Shown here: piece by piece, positions 16,511 to 23,230 of the stretch
Position numbering within the stretch: the first letter of the stretch is position 1
Layout: each line of letters begins with the position of its first letter
Source of the DNA: Candidatus Zixiibacteriota bacterium
Lineage (GTDB): Bacteria; Zixibacteria; MSB-5A5; GN15; FEB-12
DNA: 24,111 bases
Assembly: GCA_041742355.1 (NCBI GenBank)
Contig: JBGSIV010000176.1
Coordinates: 1 to 24,111, forward strand
Direction of reading: 5' to 3'
Position numbers and translations under genes: made by a program
Notes under the pieces: model-generated
Databases searched by the model: none
What the model saw: only the letters and a program-made list of their open reading frames with translations
What the model was told of the DNA's origin: nothing

Positions 16511-17632
16511 TCACTGAGCCGTCTTGTTGTGGCACTGGTCGCAGCCTTCGGCGTTCACGCCCGAGACGGGATCCCAGAGCAACGCGAAGGAACGTGTGCC
16601 GCCGTGGGCCTTGTGGCAGGACAGGCAGAACACGCCGTTGGTGGTAGCCCCGACAACCTGACAGGTGGTAAAATCGGTGGCGCCGGAGTTGACGAACCGG
16701 AGACGTTCCGTGGCGACGAAACCGGCGCCCGTCCCATCTTCCCAGTGCTGAGGATCGGTGGTACCCCGGGGCAGACCCTGGGCGATGCTGTTCGGATCGC
16801 CGCGCTCCGAATCGTAGGAGGGGTGGAGATTGTGAAAACCGTTGCCGTCGGGGTCGTTGTAGTTCGAGCCGGTGAAGACATGGTGGCAGTCGATACACAT
16901 GTTCGAAACCTCGCGCAGGGCGGCGTCGTTGGTCGTGCCGTAGGCGACGTTGGCGCGCTCATAGCGGGCCATGCCCGTGGCGCCGGGGCGAACGAACAGG
17001 CCGAACGGAGGCTCGCCGCCGGGGTACGAGGCCCACTGAAGGTTGCGCGAGCGGTTGTTGCCATGAGGATTGTGGCAGTCAAGGCAGGAAACGCTGGCCG
17101 ATTCCTGGGTGCTCCCGAAGTGGCAGCGCATGCATAGGCCCCAGCCCGGATCGGTGTCGACGCCGTAGTCGAGCTTGTGGCCGCGCGGATTGGCGTTACC
17201 CGGCAGGTCGAACTGGCCGGCGGAGCGCTCGGTTAGGCCGTTGGCGTCGTAGCCGACGACATCGGGAATGCCGGCGATGCCGTCATGACAGGTCAGGCAG
17301 AGGGCGACCGGGTCGGAAGCTTTGAGCAATTTGGCCGAAGGCGTGTAGTCCTGCGGGTAGGCGCCGACCGGACCGGGCAACACCGGGCCGTCGTGCGGAT
17401 GCTGCTGCGAAGCATGCATGACATGACACTGGGCACATTCGAGAGTGGCGCCGTTGTGGTAGGTGCCGAGCGCCGGGTCATCGAGGCCGAGAATGGGTAC
17501 CTCGCGCGATGGACCGGAGGGATGAATATAGCTGCGTCTGGCATCGAGGTTGTCGAGGTCAACGGCGATTATCGGAAGAGCGACGGCGGTCAGTAGAAAG
17601 ACAAGCGTGGCGGCGATTCGAAGGTGCTTCAT
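16511..17632 (-). CDS. OmcS-like multiheme cytochrome paralog, 7 CxxCH, 373 aa
   Basis: Signal peptide. YHNG...CAQCHVMH, LL...LCLTCH, GH, extra CMRCH, CLDCHNPHG, CIDCH, LHP, CLSCHKAHG, CDQCH. GGGGAG RBS before ATG17632. Confidence 0.88.
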   Translation of the reverse strand: MKHLRIAATLVFLLTAVALPIIAVDLDNLDARRSYIHPSGPSREVPILGLDDPALGTYHNGATLECAQCHVMHASQQHPHDGPVLPGPVGAYPQDYTPSAKLLKASDPVALCLTCHDGIAGIPDVVGYDANGLTERSAGQFDLPGNANPRGHKLDYGVDTDPGWGLCMRCHFGSTQESASVSCLDCHNPHGNNRSRNLQWASYPGGEPPFGLFVRPGATGMARYERANVAYGTTNDAALREVSNMCIDCHHVFTGSNYNDPDGNGFHNLHPSYDSERGDPNSIAQGLPRGTTDPQHWEDGTGAGFVATERLRFVNSGATDFTTCQVVGATTNGVFCLSCHKAHGGTRSFALLWDPVSGVNAEGCDQCHNKTAQ

Positions 17633-17698
17633 GTGGAACTCCCCTTGCAAACATCGAACTTGTGAAACCGTGAGACGGGACCGTCGGATCGAATATGA

Positions 17699-17724
17699 GA
17701 AGGAGAGCCCGGTGGCTCTCCTTC
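17699..17724 (-). terminator. Intergenic hairpin (partial terminator or mRNA stabiliser) between the two OmcS-like genes
   Basis: GAAGGAGAGCC-cggt-GGCTCTCCTTC, an 11-bp perfect stem, followed on the - strand by only TCATATT. Confidence 0.7.
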
Positions 17725-17749
17725 CCTAACTGCGATATCAAGGATTCGC

Positions 17750-18823
17750 TTACGGAGCCTGAGTGTGGCACTGCCCGCAGAGAATCTTGTAGTTGTCGCC
17801 GTCGCCGTTTTCACCCGGAACCGCTTCGCCGGTGGCCCAGATAAGACCAAAGGCGCGCTGGTTGCCGTGAGCCTTGTGGCAGCTCATGCAGGACGGGGTG
17901 AGGTCGGTCGGAGCGCCGGTCCAGGTGGCGCCCCAGGTGCCCCAGTTGCCGGTAGCCGACATGACCTGCACGCGGTAGGCCTGGCCGGTGAACTTCGACA
18001 GACCGGAGTGGCCGCCGCCCACGGCGCCGATGTTGGCATCAGCGGTGGGGTGACGGAGCCATTCGGTCTGAGTCGGAGCGGAGGTGACGCGCATGTTAGC
18101 GTCGCTCGCCGAACCGTGGAAGTTTGTGTGGCACTGCTTGCAGTAGGTGCCGTAGCCCGAACCGGTAGCAGACGGCTCGTTGAAGGCAACGTTCTGCATG
18201 TCGTAGTGCGTCCCACCGTAGGTGGCGGAAACTTCGTACACGTCTTTCGTGACGTCGTTGGTCCCGATCGCGTAGGTCATGAGCGGAGTGGTCGGGGTGC
18301 CGCCGACGAACACGTTGGCGTTACGGTAAATGTTGTGCGAAGTGGTCACGCCGCCGCTGGTGATGCGGAGCGTCCGGCCATGCTGCGTGTGGCAGTCGAT
18401 GCAGGACAAACCGTCGGCGTTGGCAAAAGTACCGCCCGGAGCGACGTCGACTGAGCCAAGCGTGTGGCCGGTGGCGTCGAAGTACGGGGCGACGTTGTCA
18501 CGGTTGAGGGCGCCGGCCTGACGGCCGTTCGCGGTCACATTGCCGCCATTTTCAGCCAGAACGTCGGGAGCGAAGGTCTGGTTGTCGTGGCAGGAAAGAC
18601 ACAGGTCGTTGACATGGTCACGCAGCAGGAAGTGGTACGGGCCATCGTTGCCGAGATCGACAGTGATGCCGGTGCCGTTTGCATTGTAACCGTGGGTCTG
18701 GCTGTAGTGCATGACATGGCACTCAGCACATTGCAGCGTCGTTCCCGAATGGTAATCGCCCGCCAGCACAGTGCCGGCAACGAGAGCCATAGCGGCGACG
18801 CCCAGAAGAAGAAGCTTCTTCAT
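17750..18823 (-). CDS. OmcS-like hexaheme c-type cytochrome (candidate nanowire subunit), 357 aa
   Basis: MKKLLLL...TVLA signal peptide. YHSG..CAECHVMH, LL...LCLSCH, GH...APGGT, CIDCHTQHG, CKQCHTNFH, LRHP, CMSCHKAH, LCGQCH. GGAGG RBS before ATG18823 (the track start 18964 is too long). Confidence 0.88.
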   Translation of the reverse strand: MKKLLLLGVAAMALVAGTVLAGDYHSGTTLQCAECHVMHYSQTHGYNANGTGITVDLGNDGPYHFLLRDHVNDLCLSCHDNQTFAPDVLAENGGNVTANGRQAGALNRDNVAPYFDATGHTLGSVDVAPGGTFANADGLSCIDCHTQHGRTLRITSGGVTTSHNIYRNANVFVGGTPTTPLMTYAIGTNDVTKDVYEVSATYGGTHYDMQNVAFNEPSATGSGYGTYCKQCHTNFHGSASDANMRVTSAPTQTEWLRHPTADANIGAVGGGHSGLSKFTGQAYRVQVMSATGNWGTWGATWTGAPTDLTPSCMSCHKAHGNQRAFGLIWATGEAVPGENGDGDNYKILCGQCHTQAP

Positions 18824-18941
18824 TCTGCGTTCCTCCAAAGGCGTTGTGGGTAGTAGTTCGCCCATGTTTGAATGGTTATTGGGATCTGAGCTCTTCTGTT
18901 GGCAAAGCATTGAAGACTTTCGCGGCCTTAACAATCCGAAT

Positions 18942-18959
18942 TTGTGATTTATGTCACAA
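18942..18959. promoter_or_regulatory. CRP/FNR-family or Rex-like operator
   Basis: TTGTGA-TTTATG-TCACAA, a perfect TGTGA-N6-TCACA dyad, ~120 nt upstream of the hexaheme start. Confidence 0.7.
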
Positions 18960-19080
18960 GCCATGGTTCAAAAAATCCCGGTTCCAGTGTTCGGTCTTGT
19001 TGGTCCTACTTCAGTCGCGGAGTAGTTGGTGTGTAGTCCTACGCCAGTACGTTCACAAGGTCTGCGTTCATGTTGGCGTA

Positions 19081-19108
19081 AACATACGAAAAAGGCCCTG
19101 TTTGTCAA
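19081..19108 (-). promoter_or_regulatory. Sigma70-type promoter for the OmcS-like pair
   Basis: Minus strand TTGACA (19108-19103), 16-nt spacer, TATGTT (19086-19081), in an AT-rich intergenic region. Confidence 0.6.
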
Positions 19109-19193
19109 GAGCCAAATGACAATCATATGACAAAAAATGGGGAAATGATCCGGTTTTGCTCAAGCAGAAGAACCGTCAACAGGATGCTGACAA
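19102..19193. promoter_or_regulatory. Repeated GTCA-N9-TGACAA dyads plus an 11-bp-period ATGACAA direct repeat
   Basis: TTGTCA-AGAGCCAAA-TGACAA (19102-19122), GTCA-ACAGGATGC-TGACAA (19175-19193), ATGACAA-TCAT-ATGACAA (19116-19133). Confidence 0.55.
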
Positions 19194-19280
19194 TAGCCGC
19201 TACTTTGTGAAAACGGGAGCAAGATAATATACTAATTCGTACGGTATGCAGGACAAAGATAGGGGCATCTTAACCCGCAG

Positions 19281-20273
19281 CTAATCAATGATAAAGCGGG
19301 AGATCCGTCCCCCGGTCCGTTCCAGGACATAGAAGAGGCTGTCGCCCGAGGCGACGATGTCCGCCGGGTAGCGGAATTCGCCCGGTTTGACGCCGAATCC
19401 ACCAACGAACGCAAGAAACGCGCCGTCGTGCTGGTAGACCTTGACCGTCTGGCGGAGGCCATCGGTAATCCAGATCGTTTTACGTCCTGTTTCATCGGTC
19501 ATCAGGGCGATCCCGGAAGGGAAGGAGAGATCGGCCCGATCGACGTCATGTTTCGCGAAACCGGCAAGGTACCGCCCGTCGAGGGTGAAAAGCTTAACGG
19601 CCGGCTCGGCGTACAGGTCGGTGACATAAAGGGTGCTGTCGTACACCGCGACCGCCATAATGGTCTGGAACGGTTTGACGTCGGCGGAAGACTGGCCTAT
19701 GACGCGGACAAGGCGAAAATCGGCGTCGAGGACGAAAACCCCGACGATGTCACCGGCCGTACCGACGTAGAGGTGGTCATCCGGCCCGAGGGCGATAGTC
19801 TGGGGGCGGATGGTGAGGCTCGTATCCCCCTGGAGCCGGTCGAGATGGATACGTTCGAGGGGAGTGCCACGGAAGTCGAGAACATCGATGAAATCGGCGT
19901 GGTTGTCGATCAGCAGGATTTCGCCCCGGCTGTTGACGACGAGGTCGCGGGGTTCCCCTTTAACCAGTCGTCCGGTGCCGTACTCCGGGACGAAGTGGGG
20001 GAAGGAGTAACGGGGGGAGAGAAGGCGGTCGAAAACGAGGACGCGGTTGTTGCCGGCGTCGGCGACAAAAAGCTCCCCGGAGGCATCGTCAAAGAACAGG
20101 GCAGAGGGGGCGCGGAGGTTGCGGTCCCAGCCATCGTCGTTGACCAGGGTGGTGATGGAGATGCGGGCATTAAGGTCGTCGCCTTCGCTTTGGGCGAGCA
20201 ACAGGGAGCCGCAAAGGGAGACAGCGGCGATCAGAAGGGCGAGGGCGCGGCTATTTCGACCGGAAGAGCCCAT
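19281..20273 (-). CDS. Exported NHL-repeat beta-propeller protein
   Basis: Signal peptide. LRAPSAL...ELFVADAGNNRVLVFD, PRDLVVNSRGEI, LYVTD, SFPSGIA, G.FG..PGEFRYPADI...YVLE...RI..F. Confidence 0.9.
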   Translation of the reverse strand: MGSSGRNSRALALLIAAVSLCGSLLLAQSEGDDLNARISITTLVNDDGWDRNLRAPSALFFDDASGELFVADAGNNRVLVFDRLLSPRYSFPHFVPEYGTGRLVKGEPRDLVVNSRGEILLIDNHADFIDVLDFRGTPLERIHLDRLQGDTSLTIRPQTIALGPDDHLYVGTAGDIVGVFVLDADFRLVRVIGQSSADVKPFQTIMAVAVYDSTLYVTDLYAEPAVKLFTLDGRYLAGFAKHDVDRADLSFPSGIALMTDETGRKTIWITDGLRQTVKVYQHDGAFLAFVGGFGVKPGEFRYPADIVASGDSLFYVLERTGGRISRFIID

Positions 20274-20835
20274 TGATTTCCTTTGCGGTTTCCTTGGTCA
20301 GGACGAGGGCGAGGTTGTCGGCCGAGCGAATGGCGCCGATGCCGAAAGCGATTTCACCCCGGTCGCCGCGGCCATTGGAGGCAGCGACCCAAACGGTGTT
20401 GCCGGTGCGGCAGTCGAGCAGGCGACAATTGTAACTGACAATCGGGACAGTGCCCAGGAAGCGGTCGTCGCGCTCGTCGTACTCGACGACCGATCCAATG
20501 AGGAGGAAGTCGAGGTTGAGGAGGGTGGCGAGACTGTCGATTTCGCCGCGGGAGATGCGCGTGGCCGAGCGAATGCGATAGCGGCGGAGGCCGTCGTAGA
20601 CGTCGCCCGGTTCGGCAACAGTGAATTTGTCGGCGCCGCCGAGGAGCGTCAGGAAGTTGGTGGTCATGATTTCGCCGGCGCTTTCGGCGCCGGAGAGGTT
20701 TTCGAAGGGAAGGACGGCGACGCGGGCGTTCGCCGGGAGTGGCTCCGCAACGCGTTTCTTGGCCGTCATGTTGGAAGCGCAGCCGGCGACAAGGGCGGCC
20801 AGCGCGATGAGCGTGCACGCACAGGTATAGCGCAC
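20251..20835 (-). CDS. PelC/CsgG/DUF799-like outer-membrane lipoprotein (194 aa)
   Basis: GTG start at 20835 after GAGGT. Lipobox LVAG-C. VAVLPFENLS..ESAGE, LA..L..DFLLIGSV.EY, P.VS.N.RLLDCRTG.TVW. The track ORF start at 21408 is over-extended. Confidence 0.82.
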   Translation of the reverse strand: MRYTCACTLIALAALVAGCASNMTAKKRVAEPLPANARVAVLPFENLSGAESAGEIMTTNFLTLLGGADKFTVAEPGDVYDGLRRYRIRSATRISRGEIDSLATLLNLDFLLIGSVVEYDERDDRFLGTVPIVSYNCRLLDCRTGNTVWVAASNGRGDRGEIAFGIGAIRSADNLALVLTKETAKEINGLFRSK

Positions 20836-20840
20836 GGCCG

Positions 20841-21440
20841 TTACCTCGCGATTCGGCCAAATGACCGGGCGACGTCGCGGCAGACGTTGGTGGTCATTTC
20901 GCCGAGGGTGTGGGTTTCGCCGAACGAGAAGACGGGGAACTTGGGACCGCCCTTCTGGCTGGTTTCGTAGCTCCAGACGACATTGCCGGTCTGGCAATCG
21001 ACGAAGCGAACGATGACGGCGACGAGCGGGAATTCCTCCTGTCCGGAACGGACCATGCCGAACTGGGTGACCGCACCGACAAACATCCCCTGCACACCGG
21101 CCGTCTGGCCGATCTGGAAGATCTGTTCGGTGGTGAGGCCGTCGAGAGAGTTCGCCGTACTCCCCTGCAGGACCGTGGTCGAGGCTTTGCGGAAGTCGCC
21201 GGCGTTGGCGACCGCGACCGTATTGAGCATGAGGAGCTCCGTCGTGAAGCTGGCCGTCACGCGTTCGGCCGCGTTGTTGTCGGATGTGAGGTTGGCGAAG
21301 GTGAGAACGCCGACCTTCTCGTAGAAGCCGAGATCGGCCTCGGTGTTGACGTACATGCGTCCGCCGCCGCAGCCGAGCACGAAGCTGAGCGCAAGCAGCG
21401 GAAGCCATCGTAGTGCTGTTTTCACGGTGGTATGGCTCAT
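20841..21440 (-). CDS. PelC/CsgG/DUF799-like outer-membrane lipoprotein (paralog)
   Basis: Lipobox FVLG-C. KVGVLTFANLTSD.NAAERV, IGQ.AGVQG.FVGAV.QFG, P.V.V.VRFVDCQTGNVVWS. Confidence 0.85.
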   Translation of the reverse strand: MSHTTVKTALRWLPLLALSFVLGCGGGRMYVNTEADLGFYEKVGVLTFANLTSDNNAAERVTASFTTELLMLNTVAVANAGDFRKASTTVLQGSTANSLDGLTTEQIFQIGQTAGVQGMFVGAVTQFGMVRSGQEEFPLVAVIVRFVDCQTGNVVWSYETSQKGGPKFPVFSFGETHTLGEMTTNVCRDVARSFGRIAR

Positions 21441-23230
21441 ATCTGTAAAGTTAATACCGTTTGTACCGATTCGTCCACAGTTTCTCGCCCGACCAGATTG
21501 TCGGACTGGTTTCTCACGTATGCCAGGGACAGCGTCGCTCTCCGGCTGAGGTAGACGAGGAGCTGGCTGCTGATGGATTCGGGGGTGGAATTGGCCTCGC
21601 CGACGCCGCCGGGGACCGGCGTGGTGCGGATCCGCTTCTCCTCGCGGTAGTTGTACGAGAAATAGGCGCTGAAGGCGCGGCGGAAGGAGTAGCTGATGTA
21701 GCCGGTGAGGGCGGTGTTTTCCGACCGGACCGTGCCGGCGAACGTGCTGTAGATCCAGGTGAGGTTCAGGTTGAGATTATCCCGGGGGATATAGGTAATT
21801 CCGACATTATAGCTTTTCGAGAAGGCCGACGCGAGCTTGAGCACCGACCCTTCGTATAGCGAGGTGAAGGTGAACCGCCCCTCGAGGCGCCGCGTGACGT
21901 TCACCCGCGTGTCAAACGACCGGTTGAACTGGTAGCGCTGGTTGTCCTCAATAGGGTCGCTGTTGCGGTTGAGCGACAGGTCGATGTAGCTCTGCACGTA
22001 AGGCAGGGGCTTGAAATTCAGCGACCCGTGGTAGGTGTCGAGGCTATAGTCGCCGTCGTTGACCGTGCCCACGACAGCCCCGGTGCTGTCAAGAAGCGAA
22101 CGCGTGCGTTGCGACTGCTGGAAGATCGTCCGATTGTAGGTGAGGCGCGTGTCGATACCGCCGTGAAGATAGCGGGTGACGGTGGCGCCGAGGTTCCAGT
22201 ATTCGACTATGTTGTATATGCCCCCCTGGTCGCCGATCTGATACCCCTTGCCGACGAAGCCGGTCAGGTACGACACGGGCTGGTACTCGGCCCGGGCGGA
22301 CAGGTTCTGGTCGTCGGCACTGGTCTCGGTGGCTTGCGCCTCCGAGTTCGTGAACCGTCCGGCGTAGGAGCCGACAACAGTGACCTTCGGAATTGCAGTG
22401 ATCGTGAGGATGGAGGTCGTCGAGTGAGTGTTGGAGTTCTGGACGGCGATTCCCTGGGTGCGCTGACGGGTGTCATAGTAGTTGTAGTTTGTGCTGAAGT
22501 ACGCGAACTCGGAGAGCGATCGGCTCAGGCCGGTGGAGCCGGACCAGGTCTCGGTCGTGATATCGAGGCCGCCCTGGCGGTTGTCTTCCCGCGCGAGGCG
22601 GTTGTAGTTGCCCCGGAAACTCAGGGGGCCGTACTGGTAGCCGCTTTCGAGCACCCAGTTGCGGCTGAGGCCGTCGAAACTGGTCCTGCGGTCATCGTAC
22701 GTCTGCTGCCGGGTGTACACCGCCGACAACGAGGGGTACCGGTCGTAGTTGAGGTTGCCGGTGAAGCGCCAGTCGCGATGCCGGACATCGATCGTCTCGC
22801 TGAGGCCGGCGGTCTGGCTCTTCCTGGTATACGGGGAGTAGCGGACATTGAAGGCGTAACCGTAGCTGCGCAGATCGAGGTAGTAGATCGGTTGGAACTC
22901 CGAGATCTCCGAGTACGGGAACTCGCGGCGCAGCAGATTGGCGGTGAGCCGGAGGGTGTTCTTGGTGAAGAGAGCGCCTTCCCAGGAAACAATGAGAGAC
23001 TGGCGCGTGATGTCGTCGGATCGGTTGACAAAGCTGGTGTCGCTCGGGCCACCCTCAAGGCTGTCCAATTCGACTTCGATACCTTCGCGACGGAGATGTT
23101 CCCAGGAAAGACTGCTGCTGCCGAAGATGCGGTCGGCCCGGCTTACGTCCGGGGCGAAAAGAACCAGAACCGCAATACACGGCATCAGTCTCAAACAGAC
23201 AAGAGCGCATATGGTGCAGGCGTGTCGCAC
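21437..23230 (-). CDS. Outer-membrane beta-barrel protein (putative cytochrome porin/export channel)
   Basis: Signal peptide. Long series of alternating Tyr/Phe/Leu-polar strands (e.g. FTGNLNY, LESGYQY, LTGYISYSF, LSLAYV). Ends VQTVLTLQI. Translationally coupled on both sides. Confidence 0.8.
   Translation of the reverse strand: MRHACTICALVCLRLMPCIAVLVLFAPDVSRADRIFGSSSLSWEHLRREGIEVELDSLEGGPSDTSFVNRSDDITRQSLIVSWEGALFTKNTLRLTANLLRREFPYSEISEFQPIYYLDLRSYGYAFNVRYSPYTRKSQTAGLSETIDVRHRDWRFTGNLNYDRYPSLSAVYTRQQTYDDRRTSFDGLSRNWVLESGYQYGPLSFRGNYNRLAREDNRQGGLDITTETWSGSTGLSRSLSEFAYFSTNYNYYDTRQRTQGIAVQNSNTHSTTSILTITAIPKVTVVGSYAGRFTNSEAQATETSADDQNLSARAEYQPVSYLTGFVGKGYQIGDQGGIYNIVEYWNLGATVTRYLHGGIDTRLTYNRTIFQQSQRTRSLLDSTGAVVGTVNDGDYSLDTYHGSLNFKPLPYVQSYIDLSLNRNSDPIEDNQRYQFNRSFDTRVNVTRRLEGRFTFTSLYEGSVLKLASAFSKSYNVGITYIPRDNLNLNLTWIYSTFAGTVRSENTALTGYISYSFRRAFSAYFSYNYREEKRIRTTPVPGGVGEANSTPESISSQLLVYLSRRATLSLAYVRNQSDNLVGRETVDESVQTVLTLQI

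Noticed and set aside
18824..19080. GEMM-I (c-di-GMP/cGAMP) riboswitch like the one upstream of Geobacter omcS
   Set aside because: No GGCAAA...GAAA...GACGCAAAG pattern found on the minus strand. Only a short TACGCCA/TGGCGTA inverted repeat overlapping the predicted start site. An Infernal scan would settle it.
20836..21408. N-terminal half of the 385-aa track ORF
   Set aside because: Arg-rich off-frame overlap of the 20841-21440 lipoprotein. The real start is GTG20835 with an RBS and lipobox.
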